A stretch of 64,000 bases of DNA from Vulcanimicrobiota bacterium (GTDB taxonomy: Bacteria; Vulcanimicrobiota; Vulcanimicrobiia; Vulcanimicrobiales; Vulcanimicrobiaceae): positions 250,864 through 314,863 of the forward strand of contig CAWCIZ010000004.1 of the NCBI GenBank assembly GCA_963795855.1, read 5' to 3'. Shown piece by piece: positions 52,718-63,039 of this stretch. A program made the translations under genes and the position numbers. Below the pieces are notes generated by a model that worked only from the letters and a program-made list of their open reading frames with translations, was not told the DNA's origin and made no database searches. How positions within the stretch are numbered: position 1 is the stretch's first letter; each line of letters opens with the position of its first letter.

Positions 52718-53137
52718 ATGCTCGAGGCAGGCGCAAAAATGCCGCACATCACGGTGCTGGACGACGGCGGAAAGGCGGTCAATACGGGCGACCTGCTGGG
52801 CAAGCCGCTCGTGCTGTGGTTTTATCCGAAAGACAACACCCCCGGTTGAACGAACGAAGCGTCGCAGTTTCGCGACGCATACGCGCGATTTACCCAGAAG
52901 GGCGCGGACGTCGTCGGTGTGAGCCGCGACTCGGTGGCGTCGCATCAGAAATTCAAAGCAAAATACCGGCTTCCGTTCACGCTGCTCGCAGACGTGGACT
53001 CCAAATTGCGCGACGCATTCGGCACCGGCGGGGCGCGTTCGACTTTTCTGATCGGCGCGGACGGAACGATCGTGAAGGTTTGGCCGAAAGTCGCGGTCGG
53101 CGGTCACGCCGACGCGGTGTTGGAGTCTCTTCCCTAG
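52718..53137 (+). CDS. bcp: Bcp/PrxQ peroxiredoxin with in-frame UGA at the peroxidatic Cys (probable selenoprotein)
   Basis: 'FYPKDNTPG[TGA 52847-52849]TNEA..FRD', frame continues 'GVSRD..SH.KF..KY.LPF.LLAD', 'RSTFLI' to TAG 53135-53137; SD AAGGAG. Confidence 0.9.
52859..52878 (+). promoter_or_regulatory. Candidate bacterial SECIS hairpin
   Basis: GCGTCGC-AGTTTC-GCGACGC perfect 7-bp stem starting 10 nt after the UGA. Confidence 0.65.
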
Positions 53138-53686
53138 TTCTCGGTCTTTGCTTGGCCGCGCGGCAGCGAGAACTGAATGAGCGAGCGCACCGGCGCTAGT
53201 CCGCGGCTCACGACCGCGCAGCAGGTGACGTTGAGATTCGAGTTCTTCCAAACGCGCTTTCGCTGCAAGCAGTTCGCGGCCGCTCGTCACGACGTCTTCG
53301 AAAAGCAGGACGTGCTGGCCGGCTTCGTACGCGCCCTCGACGTACTCGCCGGGAAACGCGCCGTAGCCTTTAGGCTCTTTGCGAACCGCGAGCAGCGGCA
53401 TGTTGCTCATCTGCGACACCGCCGTTGCGATGACCACGCCGCCCAGTTCGGTGCCGGCAATCAGATCGGGATTCGTTTCCGCGATGATCGGCACGAACAG
53501 ACGCGCGATGCGCCGCAGGACCTGCGGATCGGAAAACAATCGGAACTTGTCGATGTAATAGTCGCTGCGCGCGCCGCCTGAGAGCACGTAGTCGCCACGC
53601 GTGAGCGCGCGCTCGACGATGATCTTCCGCAGCCAGGTCAGGTCGGGAATTCGGCCGATCGGGTCGGGCGGTCCTAAATACTCCAT
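53134..53686 (-). CDS. pyrE: Orotate phosphoribosyltransferase-like protein; indel near 3' end
   Basis: 'GDYVLSGGARSDYYIDK', 'RKEPKGYG', PRPP motif 'LLFEDVVTSG'. Confidence 0.8.
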
Positions 53687-55316
53687 TGCCATGCATTCCA
53701 GGATTCGATGACGGGGTTCGGCGCAAACCCTTTGAAATTCACGCTGATTGGTTGCCATCTGCCGCATGTACCACAAGAAGATGCCGGGCACGTCGCGGTG
53801 GAGCATTTCCTGAATACGCGAGTAAGCCTTCTTGCGCTCGGCCGATCGTACTTCGTGAGCGCCACGTTTTGCGCGGCGTCCATGTCGGCGATTGCAGTAG
53901 CGTGCGTAATTGTAGCCGTGCGGCGCGACGTTGGCGCACGTGAAGTGCGTCGAGTCGTCCGGATCGATTCCGGCATACCAGCCGGCGAGACCCAAGTCGA
54001 ACTTTCCGCCCTGCAGGATACCGCCTTCAGCCGCCGGCGCGAAAAGCACGTCGCCGGGGATAGTATTTGACGTCCATCTTGATCCCGGCCTGGCGCAGCA
54101 TTTCTTGGATGACGACGCTATTTTTACGCCGCGTCACGTTGCTGTTGTCGGTGGCGAGCACCAGCGTGAGCGGCTGACCGTTCTTCGTCATGATGCCGTC
54201 CGGACCGGGCGTCCAGCCGGCTTGCTCGAGCAGCTGTTGCGCCGTCTGCACGTCGTGCGGATAATCCTTGATGCTCGGATCGTGCGACCACATGAACGGC
54301 GGTTGGTCTTCGATGGCGGGCGGATCTTGACCGAATGTCGAGGTATGCACGATGCGCGGCTTGTCGAGCGCGTACGCGATGCGCTGGCGCACGCGCACGT
54401 CTTGTAAATACGGCCGCTGCGTATTCACGTAAATCGTACTCGTAGCCGTTCACGTCGACCCAAACGATACGAACGCCGGGGATGTCCTTCACCACCGGAT
54501 AGTTGTTGATCGAAGCCTGGAACATCCAATCGATGTCGTGCGTGCGCAGCAGGTTGACCGTCGTGTTCTCGTCGGGGACGATGCGGATGTAGATCGAACG
54601 CAGTCCCGGCTTGCCCATGAAAAACGCGTCGTTCGCCGTGAGTTCGATGTGGTCGCCGTGAACCCACCGCGCGAATTTGAACGGCCCGTCGCTGACCGTC
54701 GGATTGGCGTTGAACGGAATGTTGTTGATGTTCGGATATTTCGACAAGACATGAGCCGGAGCGACGGGGTACGGCTGGTCACTGTCGGCGAAAAACGTAT
54801 TGACGAACGGGGAAAATTTCTGTTTGAGATGCACGACGACCGTATACGCGTCCGGCGTGTCGATGCTCTTGATGTAGTCGTAGCCGTGCGCGGAAATGAT
54901 GTTGTTGTTCTTGTTCACGATCGCTTGCCACGACCATTTGACGTCCTTGCTGGTCACCGGCACGCCGTCCGTCCACTTCACGTTTCTGCGCAGGTGATAG
55001 GTGATCGTCAAGCCGTCCTTGGAGATGCCGCCGTTTTCCGTGCGTTGGAACTCGTGTCGCGAGCATCGGCACGGGATTGCCGTTCGGATCGGCGTGCAGC
55101 AGCGGCTCGAACATCAGGAAGTGCGATCATGCCGTCGGTCGTGTTCGAGTTGAGCAGCGGATTGAGATTCTTGACGTCCTGCTGAATGGCGATGCGAAGG
55201 GTGCCGCGCTGTCCGCCGGGGCTTTGCGCGCCGGGTGAACCGGCTGAGCCGCCGTTTTGCGTGCACCCGGCGAGAAGCGCGGCGAGCGACGCAAGCGCCG
55301 CAAGACGTCGTATCAA
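53674..55316 (-). CDS. Peptide ABC transporter substrate-binding lipoprotein (family 5); several indels
   Basis: Lipobox 'LLAGC', 'LR.NVKWTDG.PVTS.DV', 'GPFK', 'VRQ.IAYALD', ends 'WNAWQWSI'. Confidence 0.87.
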
Positions 55317-55328
55317 GTCACTTCCTCC

Positions 55329-57375
55329 TTAGACCGCGGCTTTCGGGCCGGTCCACTTACCGGGAACCGGATCGAAGCGTTCGTGCCGCCACGTGTACGT
55401 GCCCAGGCCTTGCGTCGCGGTGCGTAATTCGGTGATGTAGCGCGAGAGCTCCACTTGCGGAACGTCCGCCTCGACGACGTCGTGTCCGCTCTTTGCGGCC
55501 GGGTTCATCCCGAGTATCTGGCCCCGCTTTCCGGTCAGCTGCTGGATGACGGCCGACGTATAATGCGTCGGGACCGTAACGTTCACGCGGACGATGGGTT
55601 CGAGTACCGCCGGATTGCATTTCGGAAGCGCTTCGCGAACGCCCATGCCGGCAGCCGTTTTGAACGACTGCTCGCTCGAGTCTACGTCGTGGTACGCGCC
55701 GTCGAAGAGTACGACGTGCACGTCGGTTACGGGATATCCGCCGACGCTGCCGTGCATCAGCGCTTCGCGCACGCCCTTTTCGACCGCCGGAATGAACTGC
55801 CGCGGAACCACGCCGCCGACGATTTTTTCTTCGAACGTGACGCCGTTGCCGCGTTCGCGCGGCTGGAAACGCAGCCACACGTCGCCGAACTGGCCGTGGC
55901 CGCCGGTTTGATGTTTGTAGCGGGAATGCACTTCCGTTCCGGCCGTGATCGTTTCTTGATAGGGAATCGTGGGCGGAGACGTCAGTACTTCGACTTTGAA
56001 CTTGCGCGTGAGGCGTTCGACCGCGATATAGACGTGCTGTTCGCCGCTTCCCAGCAGCAGCAGTTCGTTGGTGATCGGCGCGCGTTCCAAGCGCAGCGCC
56101 GGATCTTCATCGATGATGCGCGCGAGCATCTGCGAAATTTTCGCTTCGTCCATGCGCTCTTTCGGTTTGATCGCAACCGCGAAGACCGGCTCCGTCGCCG
56201 GAACGCGCGGCAGCAGCACTTTGAAGCCGTTTTCGGTCAGCGTGTCGCCTGTGGAAACGCTTTCCAAGCGCGCAATCGCGGCGATGGTGCCGGGCAGGCG
56301 CTTCCGTGATCGCTTCCTGTTTTTTCCCTTGCAAGCGATACAGGCCGGCGGAACGCACCTTCTCGCCGTTCTTGGAAATGTTCGTGAGCATCGCGTCGGA
56401 TTTGCAGCGTCCCTGAAAGCACGCGAACGACGGAGAGTTTGCCCGACTGCGGATGCACGATCGTCTTGATGACGTGAGCGATGACGGGACCGTCCGATTT
56501 TCGGTTCGATGCGCCGGCCTTCCGCATCGATTGATCGGCGCCGGCGGGCGACGGAAACCATTTTTCCATCGCTTGAACGAGCGCGGAAATGCCGTAGCCG
56601 GGAAGTCCCGCCGCCGCCAGCACGGGGACGATTTGATCGTGCGAGCACTCGTCGCAGAGATCTTTCTGAACCTCGTCCTGCGGCGGCTCGACGCCTTCGA
56701 GCAGCTCTTCCATCAGGTGATCGTCGAAATCGGCCATCGCTTCGAGCAATTGCGCCGTGCGCGCTTTCGACTCGATCTTGCAACTCCGCGGGAATTTCCG
56801 ACTCTTTTGCATTGCTTCCGTCGAACAGGTATGCTTTGCGACTCCGCAAGGTCGACGTAGCCTTTGAACGATTCGGCCGCGCCGATCGGCCATTGCTCGG
56901 CAACGACGTGGCGGCCGTAGCAGCGCTGCAGTGCTTCCAGCGTGCCGGCGAAGTCGGCGCCGGGCCGATCCATCTTGTTGACGACGAACAGATGCGGCAT
57001 CTTGCGCGACTCGAGAAATCGAGCAGCATGCGCGTTTGCGAAACGCGTGAGGGATCCGCGTCGATGACGATGACGGCGGCATCGCACCCGGAGAGCGCCA
57101 ATTTCGTTTCTTCGAAGAAATCGATGAAACCGGGGCAGTCGACCAGCGTGACATCGATGCCGTCCGCGGCGCAGTGCGCAAAACCGACGCACGTCGACTG
57201 CGCGTGCTCGATGCATTCGGGCTCGTAATCGGTCGTCGTCGTGCCTTCGATAACGCGAGCCTTTGCGTCCGATCGCGCCGCAATGCGCGAGGATCGCTTC
57301 GACCAGCGTCGTTTTTCCGGCGTGATGAGAGCCGACAATGCCAATGTTGCGTACGCGAGAGATATCGGACGCCAT
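55329..57375 (-). CDS. Elongation factor G paralogue (divergent EF-G2 type); multiple indels
   Basis: G1 'GSHHAGKTT', G3 'DCPG', G4 'NKMD', 'GEQH', 'KHQTGGHGQFG', 'YHDVDSSE'. Confidence 0.9.
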
Positions 57376-57402
57376 GAGATCTCCTTGCCCTGCAAGAGGC
57401 CA

Positions 57403-57426
57403 AAGGCGCGCTGGAAGGCGCGCCTT
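57403..57426. terminator. Hairpin between the PHP gene and the EF-G paralogue
   Basis: AAGGCGCG...CGCGCCTT inverted repeat. Confidence 0.35.
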
Positions 57427-58967
57427 AACGACGTTTGGTACCGGATTTTTTCTTTGTTGCCGCTCGCTTCGGCGTTGAAACTTTGCGCTTGGCCGCGGCC
57501 GCGGGTTTTTTCGCTGCAGATTTCTTCGCGGGCGCGGCTTTTTTCGGCGGCGTTTTTTTCGCCGCAGGTTTCTTCGACGTCGCGGCTTTCTTCACGGCTG
57601 CCGCCTTCGCGGGCGCCTTTTTTGCACGCGCGGCGGCTTTTTTCGCCGGAGCCTTCGCCGCTTTGACGCTCTTCGCCGCCGCTTTTTTGGGCGCGGCTTT
57701 AACCGGCGGTTTTTTCGCGGCGCGTGTGGCTTTCGCCGGTGCCTTTACCGGCTTTTGCGGCAGGCTTTCGGCACCGTCTTGGCCGGCGGTTTCTCCGCGA
57801 TCTTCGTGACCGGTTTTTCGCGCTTTGGCCGCTTTTGCCGAGGCCTTCGCGCGCGTTTCGACTTGCCGGTTTGGAGCCCTTCGCTTCGCGCTCCGACGTC
57901 TGTTTCGCCGGCTTTTTGCTCGCGCGGTCGGGACTGCTCGCGCGTTTGCGCGGCCCGCGTCGTGCCCGGTCTTGTGCGGGCGGTTTCCGTCGCGCGCTTC
58001 CTCGGCCTCGTCGCGTTCGGGCAGCCCGAGTTCGGCGCGGCCGAAGCCGCTGATGCTGCTGCCCGGTAACGGCGCGGGCTCTTGCGCTTTCACTTTTTGC
58101 AGATGCTCTTTGGTCGCGCGAAGCGCGACGCGCGCGAGCCGGCCGTTGACCGGGAACACGATCTCGTTGATTTCCGCCTCGTCGAGCATGCTGCAGAATC
58201 TCGGCGAAGCCGTTGCCTTGATCTTTCGGGCTGTGCGCGTCGGAGCCGATCGCGATGCCGACGTTTTTGGCTTTGGCTTTTTTCATCAGGCGCATGAGCG
58301 CCGCGCGATACTGCTTTTTCAATTCCTCGCGGATTATCGCGATACAAGATACCGCGTGTTGATCTCGACCGCCATGCCGCGCGCCGCGCACGCGTCCAGC
58401 AGCCGGTCTTCGTACGCTTCGATCTTCGCGGGTTCGGGCCAATGTCCGAAATTCGCCGGGACGTAGAAATGCGCGACGATCTGACCCGGCAGCTTCTCGA
58501 TGTCGTCGAGCAGCTTCGCCATGTACAATTCCCACACGCGCTCGGTGCCGACGACGTCGTACAGATCGCGAAACTCCGGCATTGTCGAACGCCCATTGAC
58601 AGTCGGCGCCTTTTTCCGGGTGCTCGATGGTCAGGAAATGCACGGAGCGGATCATCCCGTCGGGCCGCATCGCGTCGACGATGTTTTGCGCGTCCGGGCT
58701 GGCGCGCGGATCGTTGTCGATCTCGGCGCCGATGGAGAAGCGCATGCCGCGGCGCAGCCCCTGCGAAACGACCGCCGCATGCGAAACGTCGACGCCCGCG
58801 GTTTCTGCGGCGCCGTACAGGTCGCCGGCTTCGGCGAGTTTGAGCGCGCGCCGCACCGTGTGCACCGCGCCCGGATCCTCGAACGTCAGATAATTGATGT
58901 GATCGCTGACCATCATGAAGCGCGGCGATCCGCGCCGGCACGCATGGTAGAACCAGAGGAACAGCAT
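57425..58967 (-). CDS. PHP-domain phosphoesterase (HisK/HisJ-like) with long Lys/Ala/Pro-rich C-terminal tail; indels
   Basis: 'SDH', 'GAEID', 'SVHF', 'AHF', 'VEINT', 'GSDAHSP'; tail 'KKAAAKSVKAAKAPAKKAA...KKSGTKRR*'. Confidence 0.75.
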
Positions 58968-59066
58968 GCGCGCGCGAATACGCGATCGGCCGTTCCTCGG
59001 AAAATGGCTTGTGCTCGCCTTTCGCGTGCCCGTGAACGTCGGGAATGGCGGCGATGCGAGGGTCGC

Positions 59067-59786
59067 TCAGCGTTCTACTTCCTTTACTCCGCGCGGGATC
59101 CACAATTGCGGTCCCTTTGCGCGCCGGCGGCCGCCCCGCGGTCGGGCGTGCGCTGCTCGACCCACGGCACGACCGTTTCGATCGAAAATTTCCATGGCGC
59201 GCTTCATGAGTTCGAGCGACATCGAAGGCGTGTTTTCGGCGCCCGAGCGCCGCGGCTTGGCTCGGCAAATACGGAAAATGCACGAAGCCGGCGACGATCG
59301 GCGGCGTCGCCGTACTCGGCGAACGCCGAGCAGTTCGTACAGCGCCTGATTGCAAACGTACGTGCCGGCCGAGTTCGAAACGTAGCCGGGGATGCCGTTC
59401 TCGGTCCAGGCGGCGACGATTTCGGCAAAGCGGCAAGCGGCGAGAACCGCGCGTCGGGACCGCCGCGCGCGATCGTGTCGTTCTTGCGCATCACGCCGAC
59501 GTTGTCGGGCTGGCTGAAATCGAGGACGTTGACCGCGACGCGCTCGACGGCGATCGCGGTGCGGCCGCCGGCCTGACCCATCCAGATGACGACGTCGGGC
59601 GACTCTTCGGTCGATCGGCGCGCTGCAGGCGCTCGCCAATGTTGCGCGTCTCGACGGGAAGCACGCGAACGGCAACAGGACGGCCCGCGATGAGGCGCCC
59701 TTCCAGGCTGCGGGCGACGAGCTCGCTCGGGTTGACTTTCTCGCCGCCGAACGGCTCGAACCCGTGATGAGGACGTGTTTGGCCAC
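59067..59786 (-). CDS. pcp: Pyroglutamyl-peptidase I; indels
   Basis: 'VLITG.EPF', 'GQAGGR..I.VERVAVN', 'SNSAGTYVCN', 'PSMSLE'. Confidence 0.87.
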   Translation of the reverse strand: MAKHVLITGSSRSAARKSTRASSSPAAWKGASSRAVLLPFACFPSRRATLASACSAPIDRRVARRRHLDGSGRRPHRDRRRARRGQRPRFQPARQRRRDAQERHDRARRSRRAVLAACRFAEIVAAWTENGIPGYVSNSAGTYVCNQALYELLGVRRVRRRRRSSPASCIFRICRAKPRRSGAENTPSMSLELMKRAMEIFDRNGRAVGRAAHARPRGGRRRAKGPQLWIPRGVKEVER

Positions 59787-59824
59787 CTGTCTAAAAGGTT
59801 AACCGCATTCGCTCTTTACCTTGG

Positions 59825-59883
59825 AAGGCGCTCCGCTCAGTTGCGCGCCCCCGCGCGAAAGCGCGGCGGCCCGTGGATCGGCC
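59825..59883. repeat. Dispersed palindromic repeat homologous to 12925-12993
   Basis: AAGGCGCTCCG...TGCGCGCCCCC-GCGCGAAAGCGC-GGCGGCCCG...CGGCC. Confidence 0.6.
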
Positions 59884-59889
59884 TTGCGT

Positions 59890-59923
59890 AAAAAGAAGGT
59901 GCCGCCCTAACGGCGCGGCACCT
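59890..59923 (-). terminator. Intrinsic terminator
   Basis: Minus strand AGGTGCCGC...GCGGCACCT followed by TCTTTTT. Confidence 0.75.
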
Positions 59924-60039
59924 CCGATCATCGTTAAGATCTACTACTGTCTGTACTAACGACGACCACCTCCTTCGTCCGGCCGTTTGCCCCCGTTTCG
60001 TCTCTCTCTGAGGGGATCCGCGGACTCAATTTGTCTACG

Positions 60040-60803
60040 AAATTCAGCGCAGTTCGCCGGACACGCGCTTTCAGCGCGATAGCCTTCCATCGTAAGCAGG
60101 CGGGCTTTCATTTCGATGCCGTAACCGTAGTTGTGCAGATCGCCGCTCGAATCGACGACGCGATGGCACGGAAAGAAGAGCGGCAGCGGATTGCGCGCCA
60201 TCACTTGGCCGACCGCGCGCGCGGCTTGCGGACGTCCGATCGTCTGCGCGACCCACGCATACGCTGCGCACTTCGCCCGGCGGAATCTGCGCGGCGGCTT
60301 TGAGCGCGGCTTGTTCGAACGGCGTCAGATCGCTGATGTCGACGGCGCTTTCGTCAACGCGCCAGGTGCGGAAGAAACTCGTCGAAGAGCTCGTCAGCCA
60401 GGCCGGCGCTTCGCCGGCGCGACGGGACGGTGCAGCCGGCGCTCGATGCGTTCGCGCACGGCTCCGGCGGCTCGCCGCGATCAAGGCCGATGTAACGCGA
60501 TGCGCGTCCCTTTGTATCCGACGTAGACGCGGCCGATCGGCGTATCGACGCGTCGTCAGCGAGATCGGGGATGCGCCGTGCGCGATATTTAGCGCGGCGA
60601 TGTGCTCGACGATTTTTTTCGCCAAATCGCACGAAGGTTCCGGCGGCGGCAAGACACGAGAGGCAGTATGCGACGCCTTCGTATTGTTCGTACAAATCTT
60701 GGCAAGGCGGACACGCGCGCAGATGGCCGTGGACGGCTTCGCGCAGCGATTGATCGCCGTCGCGAACTTCGTCCCATAGCGCCTCGACTTCACGACAACG
60801 CAT
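60040..60803 (-). CDS. Zinc-finger anti-sigma (zf-HC2) domain fused to methylated-DNA-protein-cysteine methyltransferase; indels, 3' end approximate
   Basis: N-terminal 'MRCREV...HLRACPPCQ'; then 'TPIGRVYV', 'TPFEQAAL....IPPGEVRS', 'YAWVA..IGRP.AARAVG', 'NPLPLFFPCHRVV', 'KARLL..EG'. Confidence 0.85.
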
Positions 60804-61438
60804 GGACAGTTGCTCCTTGAGGCACGATTCTTCCGATTTCCGGTCCGAGAATGCGCCGCAGAACGCGCACGGCGCGGTGCACGTGCGATTTCACGGTTCC
60901 GATCGGCTGATTGAGGATCTCGGCGATTTCCGGATGGCTGCGGCCTTCGATGAAACGCAGCGTCGCAGCGGCGCGCAGATGCATCGGCAGTTGCAGCAGC
61001 GCGTGCTCGACGAGCGCCATGTCGGCATTTTGTTCGACGATTTTTTCGGGCTGCGGCGGCGCCTCGCGCGTCGCGCTGCGCAGTATCGCGTCGGCGTCGG
61101 CCATGGCGTCGAGCGCAACGTTCGCGGGTCTCTTGCTGCGCAAGCCGATTGCGCGTGACGTTGAGCGTGATCGTGTAGAGCCACGGCTGCAAGCCGAAGT
61201 TCCGCGCGTTGTTCGGCGGACATCTTGGCGAGCGCGCGGTATGCCCGAACGAAGGCGTCTTGGACGATCTCTTCGGCGTCCTCGCGGTTGCCCGTCATTC
61301 GCAGCGCAAAACCGTACAGACGCCGCTGATACTCGTCGACGATCTTGTCGAAATGTTCGATTCCGGGTGCGCCGACCGGCGCTGCGCGGCCGGCCGGACA
61401 AGCTCTTGTTCGCCTTATTTGGTGCCGACGGATGGCAC
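60790..61438 (-). CDS. ECF (group IV) sigma-70 factor; indels
   Basis: Region 2 'DAEEIVQDAFVRAY', 'WLYTITLN..RN'; region 4 'SHPEIAEILNQPIGTVKSHVHRA'; SD GAGGGAG before GTG 61438. Confidence 0.9.
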
Positions 61439-61488
61439 GATATACTCCCTCGTCAGGAGTGGCGCTGCGGACGCTCATACAGGCGTCC

Positions 61489-61517
61489 AGACACCACTGC
61501 GCGGTGCAAAGGTTTCA
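61489..61517 (-). promoter_or_regulatory. Candidate ECF-type promoter upstream of the sigma gene
   Basis: Minus strand TGAAAC(CTT)...GTCT at roughly ECF spacing. Confidence 0.35.
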
Positions 61518-61633
61518 CATCGGTGGTCGCGGTCCCTTACTCGAGCGGCCTGCAGGGCGGCGTATCGAGAGGCCGCGCTTCGCGTGGGCGAACTTGCTTC
61601 ATGACGCCTCAAGCGTTCATGAAGCTCACTCTG

Positions 61634-61667
61634 AAAACCGCCGGCGCGCAAGCGCCGGCGGTTTTTT
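61634..61667 (+). terminator. Intrinsic terminator (possibly bidirectional)
   Basis: AAAACCGCCGGCGC-GCAA-GCGCCGGCGGTTTTTT. Confidence 0.8.
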
Positions 61668-61690
61668 GTTATTAGAGCGAGGTAAGCAGT

Positions 61691-62033
61691 ATGGAACATG
61701 CGATCGAACCACAGGAAGTTTCTTTTGACGCGTACACGATGTGCAGTTTCCTTCCGAATCTGGACTCGTCGCGGGCGATCCCGCTCGTGCTCATCGGATA
61801 CCGTCATGGGCAAGATCCGTGGTTCGTTTGGCTGGTACCCAAAGAAGGCATCGCTGCCGACGGGCTTGACGCACGATCCGTACTACGCGAAAGTGCTTCG
61901 CGATCCGCGCAGCGTATTTCGTGAAAAAATTGAACAAATACATCGAGGAAACGGCATGCGTGAGGCGCGGCATCGAAATGCTGATCGACTGCCATCAGAA
62001 CCATCTGGCGTTCACGCCGCTGGTGTGCGCTGA
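61691..62033 (+). CDS. Hypothetical protein; indels, end approximate
   Basis: SD GAGGT, ATG 61691; overlapping ORF fragments. Confidence 0.45.
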
Positions 62034-62852
62034 CCGAGAAGCCGTTCGCGCACCCGATGTCGGTGGAATTGCTGGCCGCGGTATAGAGCGCAGGGGTGCT
62101 GCGACGCTGACTTCGGTTTGCCGACGCTTCGCGGCGGTCGGAATCGCCGCTTTGATCGTCGCGGCGGTAAACGATCGTCACCGGCGAAGCCGGCCCCGGT
62201 CGCGCAGCGTTCCCGAGATCGTCAGCGATTCGGTGAGCGCCAGCAGCAGCGGCTCGCCGTGCAGCGCGTAATAGGCGGTTCCGCGCATCCGCATGGTGCC
62301 GCTGATCGACATCTCCGCGTGATCGGGCAGCGGCCCGGCCATCGGACCGCGTCGCGTCGAAATCGACGCCGAGCGCGGGACGTCGTTCACGCGTCGCCCA
62401 TGCCTCCGCGCTCCAAGTAGTCCGCGCAGCGTTCCGCCGGTCATCGGCGCGGGAAACACGAACGGCACGCGGCCGCGCAGATGCAGCAGGTCGTGCAGCG
62501 TCGCGCTGTCCAGATCGATCGCAAAGGGTTGGTTAAGCACCGTCAGATAATCGGGGTCCAGATTCGTGTTGTCGTGCAGCTCGCCCGCGGCCGACATCAT
62601 CTGCACGAACGTCGCTTGCGCGGGCACGCTGCCGGCGGCGTCGGCGCGCGTGTACGTGGCCTGCGCGGTGAATCGCGTGCCGCCGTCCTGCGCCGACGGC
62701 GAGCGTCTGAACGCCGCTGTATGCGATGCTCGTTGAAGGTCGCACTGGCCGATTTGGTATGTATCGTTGCCGCTGACCACGTAGCGCTGGTCGGCACCGG
62801 CGGGCACCCCCAGCGCCAGGACCGCCGCCAGGCCGTGGCCGCCGAACTGCAT
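62030..62852 (-). CDS. Hypothetical secreted protein; indels
   Basis: Signal-like N-terminus; coding-like stretches 'DPDYLTVLNQPFA', 'GTMRMRGTAYY'. Confidence 0.55.
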
Positions 62853-63039
62853 GCCCCGAGAAGTGATGGTGCGCTCTCTTTCTAGGTGGTCTCAGGGGTT
62901 TTGGTAAATCTATTATCCCAGGAAACGCGTTTTGCGAAACGTCTGTTAGAACGTTTTCGTTGAGACTTTGTTGACCGATACTGTGCTGATAAGGGACTAG
63001 TAGAGTGACGAAAACGACGAAAACGGGTATCCCGGCGCG

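Noticed and set aside
52697..54049. Peptide-binding protein/PyrE fusion ORF
   Set aside because: Artefact of indels; the binding protein ends 'WQWSI*' at 53674 and pyrE starts separately.
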